Assembly: GCF_009914755.1 (NCBI RefSeq)
Contig: NC_060942.1
Reading direction: 5' to 3' (one strand)
Source: the human T2T-CHM13v2.0 reference genome, Homo sapiens
DNA length: 64,000 nt
Position numbers and translations under genes: made by a program. The notes beneath the pieces are model-generated. The model ran no database searches. It had not been told where the DNA came from and saw only the letters and a list, made by a program, of their open reading frames with translations. Numbering within the stretch: the stretch's first letter is position 1; every line of letters begins with the position of its first letter. Of this stretch, positions 41,236 to 58,425 are shown in pieces.

Positions 41236-41667
41236 GGCTTCTACCTCCCCTCATTAAATGAGTGGCTCACCGGCATGCCCAGCACATACGTGTTTCAAAT
41301 CAGCACCAGTAAGAAAATAAATGGCACTCTTCTACCTCCCCTCATTTAATGAAACTATACTATCTTCTCTGCAAAGCAGTTGGGGAGATGCTTAACAGCA
41401 AGGTGTCAGCTAAAAACCAGAGTTCATTTTCCTAAAAGGGAGACATGGGTATTGGGAGGCATGTAGCACTTCCCGCCATGTGCTTCTCAAAATATTTTAG
41501 GTAACTGGGCATTGTCTATGCAATCATCTTCACCCATCGTCGTAGATGACATGGATTTTTCTCTCTGTGCTATAGTCAATGCATTGTGCTACAAGCAAAT
41601 GCATTATTTCCTTTAATCCTTCCAATAAAACCACAATGCTGGTACTATTATTAACCCCATTTTACAA

Positions 41668-41963
41668 TTTTTTTTTTGAGACAATGTCTCATTCTGTCAC
41701 CCAGGATGGAGTGCAGCGGCCCAGTCTCGGCTCACTGCAACCTCCGCCTCCCGTGTTCAAGAGATTCTCCTGCCTCAGTCTCCTGAGTAGCTGGAACTAC
41801 AGGTGTGCACCACCACACTGGGCCAATTTTTTTATTTTTAGTAGAGACGGGGTTTCACCATGTTGGCCAGGCTGGTCTCGAACTCCTGACCTCAGGTGAT
41901 CCGCCTGCCTTGGCCTCCTAAAGTGCTGGGATTACAGGAGTGAGCCAGCTACCGCACCCAGCC
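41668..41963 (-). mobile_element. AluSx-like element inserted in a MIR (MIR about 41560-42100, minus strand)
   Basis: Full dimer; TSD ccattttac on both sides; MIR core ttaaccccattttac...cccaaggtcacatagc. Confidence 0.92.
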
Positions 41964-43329
41964 CCATTTTACTAATTTTTTTAAAAACAGGCTTAGAAAA
42001 GTGAAGTTTCCCAAGGTCACATAGCTTATAAGTGACAATATAGGATATAAGCCCAGGTTTGTTTAATTCCAGAGCCTAAGCACTTAATGTGCAATGCCAC
42101 TGTATCACAAGGAAGTGCCCTGCACAAATCACAGTGATGCTAAAATCAATTCAGATTGATGTCAGTAGCTAGTCTCCTGCAATATTTCCAAAATAAATAA
42201 ATATTAATCCATCAATCAGTAACTTTCATGCTTTTTAATTATGAGCAGATACCATGCTATGCGTACAACAGCAAGGACTGAGAAACAATACATGGTTTCA
42301 GGTTGTAATCAAACAAAACAGAAAACTTAACACTTAAAATCTATGATCATAATTGTGCTGCACAAGAATGATTTTCAGAATCTATCCTTTCTTAGTTATG
42401 AAATAGTAATAACACATTTAGGTAATTTGGAAAAGTAGTTCTAAGATTTGTGTTATTATATTTTTATGTAGCCATAGCATTCAGATAAATTGGCATTATG
42501 GTATTTTTCTTTTCTAGTTACTTGTGTATACTAAACATGATAGAAATGGTAAAATCATTACATCAAATTCTATTGAGTTGGTGCACCATAGCATATTTAA
42601 CATTTAGCTTATTTCTAATATTTCACTATTCTAAATTGCTAAATAAAAATTAAGCACAAATGAGAAAACACTGCCGAGCCAATTTCTCAGAGCATTTCAT
42701 TCCATTGTTAGTTGTCTAGTTTCTACAATCAGTATAGACAACCAGAGGCTTTCCCGATGCCACATAGACACTTCATCAGCTCAGTTCAACTAGCATTTAG
42801 GGACGCCATCATTGGGCCGGGTACTGGTCATCCACAGAGAGGAAAAGAACACAACCTCCATCCTCAAGAAGCTCACAGTCTAAAGGCAAGTACAGACCCA
42901 TGAAACATAAATGCCTGGTTGAAATATGCACTCAGTACACAAAAAGGGCACTCAATCCAACCTGGGCATTAAGAAAAACTTCCTAGAAGAAAGCTCCATC
43001 ATAGACACATACTCGTGTACATGAAAGACAAACATCTTGGACCCAGCTTTCCAATAAATGTGCCCATTCCGTCTTCATAGTTCCAAATCCAGACTTCCTT
43101 GTGCACCCCCACGTCCCCAGTCCAATTCCCTACTCTTCTCCCACCACCTAAAGAGTCTTTGACAAAAACAGGGACATGGAATCAGAGAACATCTCTCTGC
43201 CCAGCACTGAATACTTCAAGACCACAGAAATTCTGGGCCACAAATCTATAGATTGTCAGTAAAGGAAAATAGCCTACTTCGCACCATGCCACTGGCATGT
43301 GGAAGAGAAATCCACACCTTAAGAATGGC

Positions 43330-43705
43330 TAACATCAAAGTGCTGGCACTGTGCTCCTTTCTGGAAGCTCTAGGCGAGAATCTGTTTCTTGCCTTCTCCT
43401 GCTTCTAGAGGCATTCTTTGGGTTGCAGCTCCCTCTTCCATCTTCAAAGCCAGCAGTGGTTCATTGTGTCTTTCTCTTCTCACAACATTGGGACACAGTT
43501 CTTTCTGCCTCCTTGTGTTCCCTGTACCATATAAAAGGACCTTTGTAATCCCACTTGACTTACTCGGATGATCCAGGATAATCTCCCCATAGCAAGACCT
43601 TAACTTAATAACACCTACAAAATTATTTTGCCATGAAAGTAGCATCCACAGGTTGCAGGGATTAGGATATGTACGCCTCCGGGAGACCATTATTCTGCTG
43701 CCATA
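43330..43705 (-). mobile_element. MLT1C/D-like LTR
   Basis: tctggaagctctaggcgagaatctgtttcttgcc...gatgatccaggataatctcccc...ccattattctgc. Confidence 0.8.
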
Positions 43706-46700
43706 GGCACTCTTCACAGCAGCCCAGGGATTCTTACATAACTAAGGTGTTCTGCCATGTACAAATAGAAAAAATGAAAGTTTTGCTAACAGCTTATGGT
43801 CAGCCAAGAAGCTAATTGCCTCAGCAGTGCCCACAGCCTTCATTGTCAACATGATGCACAACCCATTGGTCACCATGCCTATGCCACAGAGTGAAGCAGG
43901 ATGGTCTCACTCCATCAGTAACTTGCTCCTGCTCTGCCGAGTTGTGGAATATGTCAGCCATCCTGCCCTGAATCAGTCCTTATACAAAGTAGATTAAACT
44001 ATACTTCAATGAAGCAAACTCCAGGAGGAAAATTGCAGTGATGAAAAAAAAGTAAAGATAAAGTTATATCTCTGATTTCAGCTTTATTACATTTTCTATT
44101 CTTGCTACTGCATTTTGGGAAAAAAAAAAAGCGGGGGTGGTGGTTAATCAACCTGTGGCTTCCTCACAAACCAAACAGAACTGTTTTCTCTCATAAAATC
44201 AAATCTAATAAAATTTCCTCATGAATCCCCTCTATGGGGAAAAGTACTCTAGAGCCCTAAGAGAACAAATGGATGTAACAACCTAAGTAAAAACTTGCAG
44301 TAGAAAATTATGGGTCATCTTTGAGAACAAACTTTTTAAATATTTCAATCAGGATATAGTGCAGTGGCTGACCTAGGGACATGTCTTGCAGTGGGGTGAT
44401 AAATGAAAAAAAAGGGGGGGAAGAGGATGAGTTAGGGATAACAGAGAAAAAAGAGACTAGAATTACAAACCTGAAAAGCACCACCTCCCAGCAGGAGACC
44501 AACCAGCACAAAAATAGAACATTAAACAACCAAAACTAAAGAACCTCACAGAGTCCATTTCATGCCCCCTGCCACCTCCACTGGAGCAGGTGCTGGTATC
44601 CACAGCTGAGAGACCCACATTCAGTTCACAACACAGGACTCTGTGCAGACAACCCCCAGCACCAGCCCAGAGCCTGGTAGACCTGCTGGTTTGCTAGATC
44701 CAGAGGAGAGATAACAATCACTGCAGTTCAGCTCACAGGAAGCTGCATTCATAGCAAAAGGAGGAGAGTACTACAACAGGGGAACACACTGTGGGACAAA
44801 AGAATCTGAACAACAGCCTTGAGCCCTAGACCTTTCCTCTGACAGAACCTACCCAAATGAGAAGGAATCAGAAAACCAACTCTGGTAATATGACAAAACA
44901 AGATTCTTTAACACCCTGCAAAAAAAAAAAATCACCCTAGCCCACCAGCAATGGATCCAAACCAAGAAGAAATCCCTGATCTACCTGAAAAAGAATTCAG
45001 AAGGTCAGTTACTAAATTAATAAAGGAGGCACAAGAAAAAGGTGAAGCCCAATTTAAAGAAATCAAAAGAATGATACAAGAAATGAGGGGAGAAATCTTC
45101 AGTGAAATAGATATCATAAATAAAAAAACAATCAAAACTTCAACGAACAATAGACACACTTATAGAAATGCGAAATGCTCTGGAAAATCTCAGCAATAGA
45201 ACTGAACAAGCAGAAGAAAGAACTTCAGAGCTCAGAGACAAGGTTATTGAATTTACCCAATCCAACAGAGACAAAGAAAAAAAATAAGAAAATATAAACA
45301 AAGCCTCCAAGAAGTCTGGGATTACGTTAAACATCAAAACTAAGAACAATCAGCGTTCCTGAGGAAAAAGGGAAATCTAAAAGTTTGGAAAACATATTTA
45401 TGGGAATAATCTAGGAAAACTTCCCCAGCCTTGCTAGAGACCAAGACATCCAAACACAAGAAGCACAAAGACCACCTGGGAAATTCATCACAAAAAGATC
45501 ATCACATAGGCACATTGTTGTCAGGTTATCCTAAGTTAAGACAAAGGGAAGAATCTTAAGAGCTGTGAGACAAAAGCACCAGGTAACCTATAAAGGAAAA
45601 CGTAGCAGATTAACAGGAGATTTCTCAGCAGAAACCTTACAAGCTAGAAGGGATTGGGCCTTATCTTAAGCCTCCTCAAATGAAACAATTATCAGCCAAG
45701 AATTTTGTATCCAGTGAAACTAAGCATCATATATGAAGGAAAGATACAGTCTTTCTCAGACAAACAAATGTTGAGACAATTTGCCACTACCAAGCCAGCA
45801 CTACAAGAACTGCTAAAAGGAGCTCTAAATCTTGAAACAAATCCTGAAAACACATCAAAAAGGACCTCTTTAAAGCATAAATCTCACAGGACCTAAAAAA
45901 CAAAAATACAAATTTAAAAAACACACAAAAAAACAAGGTTTACAGGCAAAAAACACTACCTCACATCCCAGTACTAACGTTAAATGTAAACAGCCTAAAT
46001 GCTCCACTTAAAAGATACAGAATCTCAAAATGGATAAGAATTCACCAACCAACTATGCTGCCTTTCAGAGACTCACCTAACCCATAAGAACTCACATAAA
46101 CTTAAGGAAAGAGGTAGAAAAAGACATTCCATGTCATGGACACCAAAGTGAGAAGGAGTAGCTATTCTTGTATCAGATAAAACACACTTCAAAGCAACAG
46201 CAGTTTAAAAAGACAAAGAGGGACATTATACAGTGATAAAAGGCCTTGTCCAACAAGAAAACATCACAATACTAAATATATATGCACCTAACACTGGAGT
46301 TCCAAAATTTATAAAACAATTACTAGTAGAACTAAGAAATGACATAGACAACACAATAACTGTAGGGGAGTTTAATACTCCACTGACAGCACTAGACAGG
46401 TCATCAAGACAGAAAGTCAACAAAGAAACAATGGATTTAAACTATGCCCTGGAACAAATGGACTAAACAGATATTTACAGAACATTCTACTCAACAACTG
46501 CAGAATATACATTCTATTAATCAGTGCATGGAACTTTCTCCAAGATAGACCATATGATAGGCCACAAAACAAGCCTCAGTAAACTTAAGAAAACTGAAAT
46601 TACATCAAGCACTCTCTCAGACCACAGTGCAATAAAACTGGAAATCAACTCCAAAAGGAAATTTCAAAACCATGCAAATACATGGAAATTAGATAACCTG

Positions 46701-47026
46701 CTCCTGAATGATCATTGGGTCAACAATGAAATCAAGATGGAAATTAAAAAGTTAGTTCAACTGAACGACAATAGTGACACAACCTATCAAAACCTCTAGT
46801 ATACAGCAAAGGTGGTGCTAGGAGGAAAGTTCATAGCCCTAAATGCCTGCATCAAAAAGTCTGAAAGAGCACAGACAATCTAAGGTCACACCTCAAGGAA
46901 CTAGAGAAACAAGAAAATAACAAACCCAAAACCAGCAGAAGAAAGGAACTAACCAAGATCAGAGCAGAACTAAATGAAATTGAAATAAAAATATACAAAA
47001 GATAAAGGAAACAAAAAGCTGGTTCT

Positions 47027-47938
47027 GAGGGGGAGGAGCCAAGATGGCCGAATAGGAACAGCTCCAGTCTACAGCTCCCAGCATGAGCGACGCAGAAGAC
47101 GGTGATTTCTGCATTTCCATCTGAGGTACGGGGTTCATCTCACTAGGGAGTGCCAGACAGTGGGCCCAGGTCAGTGGGTGCGCGCACCGTGCGCGAGCCG
47201 AAGCAGGGCGAGGCATTGCCTCACTTGGGAAGCGCAAGGGGTCAGGGAGTTCCCTTTCCCAGTCAAAGAAAGGGGTGACGGAGGGCACCTGGAAAATCGG
47301 GTCACTCCCACCTGAATACTGCGCTTTTCCGACGGGCTTAAAAAATGGCGAACCACAAGATTATATCCCGCACCTGGCTCGGAGGGTCCCACGCCCACGG
47401 AGTCTCGCTGATTGCTAGCACAGCAGTCTGAGATCAAACTGCAAGGCGGCAGCGAGGCTGGGGGAGGGGCGCCCGCCATTGCCCAGGCTTGATTAGGTAA
47501 ACAAAGCAGCCGGGAAGCTCCAACTGGGTGGAGCCCACCACAGCTCAAGGAGGCCTGCCTGCCTGCCTCGGTAGGCTCCACCTCTGGGGGCAGGGCACAG
47601 ACAAACAGAAAGACAGCAGTAACCTCTGCAGACTTAAATGTCCCTGTCTGACAGCTTTGAAGAGAGCAGTGGTTCTCCCAGCACGCAGCTGGAGATCTGA
47701 GAACGGGCAGACTGCCTCCTCCAGTGGGTCCCTGACCCCTGACCCCTGAGCAGCCTAACTGGGAGGCACCCCCCAGCAGGGGCACACTGACACCTCACAG
47801 GGCAGGGTATTCCAACAGATCTGCAGCTGAGGGTCCTGTCTGTTAGAAGGAAAACTAACAAACAGAAAGGACATCCACACCAAAAACCCATCTGTACATC
47901 ACCATCATCAAAGACCAAAAGTAGATAAAACCACAAAG
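47027..47938 (+). promoter_or_regulatory. L1 5' UTR internal sense promoter and antisense promoter; YY1 site at 47041-47049
   Basis: CpG-rich 5' UTR; aagatggcc YY1 motif intact. Confidence 0.85.
47171..47479 (-). CDS. ORF0: L1 ORF0 (antisense), 102-aa open variant
   Basis: MAGAPPPASLPPCSLISDCCASNQRDSVGVGPSEPG... within the 47171-47785 minus-strand ORF. Confidence 0.7.
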   Translation of the reverse strand: MAGAPPPASLPPCSLISDCCASNQRDSVGVGPSEPGAGYNLVVRHFLSPSEKRSIQVGVTRFSRCPPSPLSLTGKGNSLTPCASQVRQCLALLRLAHGARTH

Positions 47939-48955
47939 ATGAGGAAAAAACAGAACAGAAAAACTGGAAACTCTAAAAATCAGAGCACCTCTCCTCCTCC
48001 AAAGGAACGCAGTTCCTCACTAGCAACGGAACAAAGCTGGATGGAGAATGACTTTGACAAGCTGAGAGAAGAAGGCTTCAGACGATCAAATTACTCTGAG
48101 CTACAGGAGGACATTCAAACCAAAGGCAAAGAAGTTGAAAACTTTGAAAAAAATTTAGAAGAATGTATAACTAGAATAACCAATACAGAGAAGTGCTTAA
48201 AGGAGCTGATGGAGCTGAAAACCAAGGCTCGAGAACTACGTGAAGAATGCAGAAGCCTCAGGAGCCAATGCGATCAACTGGAAGAAAGGGTATCAGTGAT
48301 GGAAGATGAAATGAATGAAATGAAGTGAGAAGGGAAGTTTAGAGAAAAAAGAATAAAAAGAAATGAGCAAAGCCTCCAAGAAATATGGGACTATGTGAAA
48401 AGACCAAATCTACGTCTGATTGGTGTACCTGAAAGTGATGGGGAGAATGGAACCAAATTGGAAAACACTCTGCAGGATATTATCCAGGAGAACTTCCCCA
48501 ATCTAGCAAGGCAGGCCAACGTTCAGATTCAGGAAATACAGAGAACGCCACAAAGATACTCCTCGAGAAGAGCAACTCCAAGACACATAATTGTCAGATT
48601 CACCAAAGTTGAAATGAAGGAAAAAATGTTAAGGGCAGCCAGAGAGAAAGGTCGGGTTACCCTCAAAGGGAAGCCCATCAGACTAACAGCGGATCTCTCG
48701 GCACAAACCCTACAAGCCAGAAGAGAGTGGGGGCCAATATTCAACATTCTTAAAGAAAAGAATTTTCAACCCAGAATTTCATATCCAGCCAAACTAAGCT
48801 TCAAAAGTGAAGGAGAAATAAAATACTTTACAGACAAGCAAATGCTGAGAGATTTTGTCACCACCAGGCCTGCCCTAAAAGAGCTCCTGAAGGAAGCACT
48901 AAACATAGAAAGGAACAACCAGTACCAGCCACTGCAAAATCATGCCAAAATGTAA
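47939..48955 (+). pseudogene. L1 ORF1p with a premature stop (CGA>TGA at 48326-48328, codon 130)
   Basis: MRKKQNRKTGNSK...EMNEMK* then REGK...NHAKM in the same frame. Confidence 0.95.
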
Positions 48956-49003
48956 AGACCATCAAGACTAGGAAGAAACTGCATCAACTAACGAGCAAAA
49001 TAA

Positions 49004-52840
<3,837 letters not shown>

Positions 52841-53057
52841 ACAATGAGATCACATGGACACAGGAAGCAGAATATCACACTCTGGGGACTGTTGTTGTGG
52901 GGTGGGGGGAGGGGGGAGGGATAGCATTGGGAGATATACCTAATGCTAGATGACGAGTTAGTGGGTGCAGCGCACCAGCATGGCACATGTATACATATGT
53001 AACTAACCTGCACAATGTGCACATGTACCCTAAAACTTAAAGTATAATAAAAAAAAA

Positions 53058-53104
53058 GACACATCCAAAAAAAAATAAAATAAAAATAAAGTTATTCTGA
53101 GATT
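53058..53104 (+). other. Short 3' transduction carried by the L1PA2
   Basis: gacacatcc-A-rich-AATAAA(53085-53090)-gttattctgagatt between the L1 poly(A) and a second poly(A)/TSD. Confidence 0.7.
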
Positions 53105-56100
53105 AAAAAAAAAAAGCTGGTTCTTTGAAAAGATAAATAAAATTGATAGATCATTAGCAAGAATAACCAAGAAAAGAGAGAAAATCCAAATAAACTCAAT
53201 TAGAAATGAAATGGGAGCTGTTATAACTAACACCCCAGTAATAAAAGAGATCATTCAAGGCTACTATGAAAACCTTCATGTGCATAAACTAAAAAACCTA
53301 GAGGAGATTTGGATAAATTTCTGGAAAGATATAATGCTCCTAGCTTAAATCAGGAAAAATGAGATACTCTGAACAGACCAATAACAAGCAGCCAGATTGA
53401 AATGGTAATTTAAAAATTACCAATAAAAAAAAGTACAGGACCAGACATATTCATGGCTGAATTCGACCAGACATTCACAGAAAAATTGGTACCAGTCCTA
53501 TTGACAATATTCCACAAGATAGAGGAAGAGGGAATCTTCCCTAAATCATTCTTTGAGGCCAGCATCACCCTAATACCAAAACCAAGAAAGGACATAACAA
53601 AAAGAGAAAACTACAGAACAATATTCCTGATGAACATAGATGTAAAAATCCTTAACAAAATACTAGCTAACCTAATACAACAACATATCAAAAAGATAAT
53701 CCACAATGATGCAGTGGGTTTCACACCAAGGATGCAGCGATGATTTAACATATGCAAGTCAATAAATGTGATACACCACAAAAACAGAATTAAAAACAAA
53801 AATCACATGATTATCTCAATAGACATAAAAAAGCATTTGACAAAATCCAGCATCCCTTTATGATTAAAACTCTCAGCAAAATCAGCATACAAGGGATACA
53901 CCTTAGGGTAATAAAAGCCATCTATGACAAACCCACAGCCAACATAATAGTTAATGGAGAAAAGTTGAAAGCTTTCCCCATGAGAACTGGAACAAGACAA
54001 GGATGACCACTCTCACCACTTCTTTTCAACATAGCACTGGAAGTCCTAGCCAGAGCAATCAGACAAGAGAAGGAAATCAAGGACATCTAAATCAGTAAAG
54101 AGGAAGTCAAACTGGCACTGTTTGCTGATGATATGATTGTATACGTAGAAAATCCTAAAGACTCCTCCAGAAAGTTTCTAGAACTGATATAAGAATTCAG
54201 CAAAGTTTCCGGATACAAAATTAATGTATAAAAATCAGTAGCTCTCCTATACACCAACAGCAATTAAGTTGAGAATCAAATCGAGAACTTAGCCCTTTTT
54301 ACAATAGCTGCAACAAAAAAATAAAATACTTAGGAATACACCTAATCAAGGAGGTAAAAGACCTCTACAAGGAAAACTATAAAACACTGCTGAAAAAAAT
54401 CATAGATGACACAAACAAATGGAAACACAACTCATGCTCATGGATGGGTAGAATCAATATTGTGAAAATGACCATACTGCCAAAAGCAATCTATAAATTC
54501 AATGCAATTCCCAACAAAATGCCACCGTCATTCTTCACAGAACTAGGAAAAACAATTCTAAAATTCATATGGAACCAAAAAGAGCCTGCATAGCTAAAGC
54601 AAGATTAAGCAAAAAGAACAAATATGGAGGCATCACATTACCTGATTTCAAACTATACTATAATGCCATAGTCACCAAAACAGCATGGTAATAGGATAAA
54701 AATAGGCACATTGGCCAATGGAACAGAATAAAGAACCCAGAAATAAGCCCAAATACTTAAAGCCAACTGATCTTCGACAAAGCAAATGAAAACATAAAGT
54801 GGGGAAAGGACACCCCATTCAACAAATGGGGCTGGGATAATTGGCTAGCCACATGTAGGAGAATGAAACAGGATGATCACCTCTCACCTTATAAAAAAAT
54901 CAACTCAAGATGGATTAAGGACTAAATCTAAGAGCTGTAACTGTAAAAATTCTAGAAGATAACTTCTGAAAAACCCTTCTAGACATCAGTTTAGGCAAGA
55001 ATTTCATGACCAAGACCCAAAAGCAAACACAATAAAAACAAAGATAAATAGCTGGGAGCTTTTGCACGACAAAAGGAACAGTCAGCAGCGTAAACAGACA
55101 ACCCACAGAGTGGGAGAAAATCTTCACAATCTATACATCCGACAAAGGACTAATATCCAGAATTGACAATGAACTCAAACATATTAGCAAAAAAACACAA
55201 ACAATCCTATCAAAAAGTGGGCTAAGGACATGAATAAACAATTCCAAAAAGAAGATATACAAATGGCCAACAAACATATGAAAAATGCTCAATGTCACTA
55301 GTAATTAGGGAAATGTAAATATGTGATACACCTTACTCCTACAAAAATGGCCAACACCAAACCAAAAAATAATAGATGTTGGCATGGACGCGGTGAGCAG
55401 GGAACACTTCTACACTGCTGGTAGGAATGTTAACTAGTACAACCAATATGGGAAACAGTGTGGAGATTCCTTAAAGAAGTAAAAGCAGAACCACCATTTC
55501 CCACTACTGGGTATCTACCCAGAGCAAAAGAAGTCATTATACCAGAAAGATACTTGCACACACATGTTTACAGCAGCACAATTCACAATTGCAAAAACGT
55601 GGAACCAACCCAAATGCCCATCAATCTACTAGTGGATAAAGAAACTCTGGTATATATATGATGGAATACTACTCAACCATAAAAAGGAATGAATTAATGG
55701 CATTCACGGCAACCTGGATGAGATTGGAGACTATTATTCTAAGTGAAGTAACTCAGGAGTGGAAAACCAAACATCGTGTAGTCTCACTCAAATGTGGGAG
55801 CTAAGCGATGAGGATCCAAAGGCGTAAGAATGGCACAGTGGTCTTTGGGGAGTCAGGGAGAAAGGGTGGGAAGGGGGTGAGGGATAAAAGACTACAAATT
55901 GAGTGCAGGGTATACTGCTCAGGTGATGGGTGCACCAAAATATCACAAATCACCACTAAAGAACTTACTCATGTAACCAAACACAACCTGTTCCCCAATA
56001 ACTTATGGAAATAAAAATTTTTTTAAAAATACAATTATAAGCCTATATGATCCAAAGCAAATGGCTAATATTAAGTGTCATATTTCATACATTTCATTCA

Positions 56101-56789
56101 ATTGATGTTTTTATTAATACCTACTATGCGCCACCCTTGGTGCTAACTATTGGAGATATAATGCCATTAGACACTGGCATTACGGAGTTCATAGCCTACT
56201 GACAGAGAGAAGCATTCATCAAGCAATTCAAGGAATCTATGTTAAAAATAGAGATAAAATCTATGAAGGAGAGGAACAGGCTGCTGTTACAGAGTAGGAA
56301 TGAATCAAGCCTGTTCTGGAAGTGAAGTGTCTGGGGAAGAGAAACTGGAGCTTAGATCCAAAGGAATAGTTGGTGAGAGTGGGAGAAGAGGCTAGAAAAG
56401 TACTCTAGCAGAGAGATCAGGATGTACAAAGGCTTTGGATCTAAAAGCATGGCCTGGCACAGGACAGTTGATGGTAGGATGAGGCAGAATAGAAGTGTCT
56501 ACAGCCTAGAAATAGATATATCCCCAAGACTTGGACAGGGTCTGGGGAAGGGAAGTAGGCCCAAATGCAGACAACAGCAGAAGGTCCTCTCTGAGGACCA
56601 GTTATCACAATATTAAGGGAGTAGGAGTAACAGTGTTGCTCAAGCGCAAGAAGCTCAGAACAAGGAAGTGGGCATGTTCAACACTCAGGCAGTAGCAGGA
56701 GGAAAACATCCACTGTTAGTAAAAGCCCCACTCCCAGGCTGCAAGAAGCACTTAGTGCTAATTCTCCCATAAATTTGTTGAACTATATG

Positions 56790-57490
56790 CAGCAATCCCA
56801 CCAATGGGAATATATTCAAAGGAAAGGAAGTCAGTATGTCAATGAAATCCCATGTCTGTGGCAGCACCTTTCACAATAGCCAAGATATAGAATAAACCCA
56901 GTGTCCATCAATGGATGAGTGGATAAAGAAAACATGGCATACACAGTGGAACAGTATTCGGCCATAATAAAAGAAAAACATCCCATTGTTTCTGACAACA
57001 TAGATGAACCTGGAGGCCATTATGTTAAGTGAAATGAGTCAGGCACAGAAAGACAAATCCCACATGATTTTACTCATGTGTGAAATCTTAAAAAGTTGGT
57101 CTTATAGATGTAGCGAACGGAATGGTGGTTACCAGAAGCTGGGGTGGTGCTTGCAGAGGAATGGTTGGGGAGGTGTTGGTCAAATAATACCAATGGTTGG
57201 GGAGGTGTTGGTCAAATAATTTATAGTTAGATAGGATAAATTGTTTTATGAGATCTCTTGTACAGCATGGTGACCATAGTTAATGATGATATATCGTATT
57301 ATTTAAAAATGCTGAGACTAGATGTAATGTTCTCACCACAAAAATGATAACTAGGTGAGGTAATACACTTATCAATTAGCTATATTCAACAATTCCACAG
57401 TGTATATATACTTTAAAACATTATGTTGTTCACAAGAAATACATACAATTTTATATGTTAATTTAAAGAAGAAAATTTGAAAAAAATACT
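56790..57490 (+). mobile_element. L1MA 3' end
   Basis: cagcaatcccacc...gtgtccatcaatggatgagtggataaagaaaa...tgttctcaccacaaaaatgataac. Confidence 0.85.
57160..57220. repeat. Perfect 29-bp direct duplication with a 3-nt spacer
   Basis: aatggttggggaggtgttggtcaaataat at 57160-57188 and 57192-57220. Confidence 0.95.
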
Positions 57491-58067
57491 ACTTTTCTGT
57501 TAGAGAATATTTATAATAAATTGTAATAATGGAATAGAATTTTTTTTTGTTTTTTAGCCTTGATTTTTTGCACACATTCCAAATTAAATATTTTAAGTGT
57601 TATACAGTAATTTGATTTAATATAACCATATGCAAATTGGGTTTAATATATTTAAGAATGTAGGAGAACTGATGTGTACATCTGAAAACTCAGTCATTGC
57701 AAAGAAGTTTTCTTCATTTTTTGAAGCAACTTGTTGGTATTTTTCCATTAGAACTAGTATCAGTCACAGCATTATTGCTCCCTTATATCTTTCCCAAGTT
57801 TAAATACTTATTAATGAGCACATTCACTGTATATCCTTAGGTAATTTTTTGTTTTTAATTCTGTCTCTGCATAATGTAATTATCAACCTTGGGAACTGCA
57901 GAAGCATTCTAGATGTTGTGAGAGAAATTGTTTCATAACATTTCTGGTTAATTTTTTTTTTTTTTGACCCAAGAAGTTTCATAGATCTCTGAAATCTTTC
58001 AGAACTTTCAGGATTTACTCTAATCTCATTGTACTATGTGGGTCTTTTCATGTTTTCTCATCCCTAA

Positions 58068-58425
58068 ACATTCTCATACTGCTATAAAGATACTACCCGA
58101 GACTGGGTAATTTACAAAGAAAAAAGGTTTAATTAACTCACAGTTCTGCAGGGCTGGGGTGGCCTGAGGAAACTTAACAATCATGGCGGAAGGCAAAGGG
58201 GAAGTAAGGCGTGTCTTAGATGGCGGCAGGAGAGAGAAAGAGCAAGAGCAAGGAGGTGCCACACTTAAAACCATCAGCTCTTGTCAGAACTCCCTCACTA
58301 CCGTGAGAACAGCATGGCAGAAACCACCCCCATGATCCAATCACCTCCCACTAGGTCTCTCCCTGGACATGTGGGGATTACAATTTGAGATGAGATTTGG
58401 GTGGGAATGCAGAGCCAAACCATAC
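58068..58425 (-). mobile_element. THE1D/MSTA-like LTR
   Basis: ctgctataaagatactacccgagactgggtaatttac...gagatttgggtggg..agccaaaccata. Confidence 0.85.
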
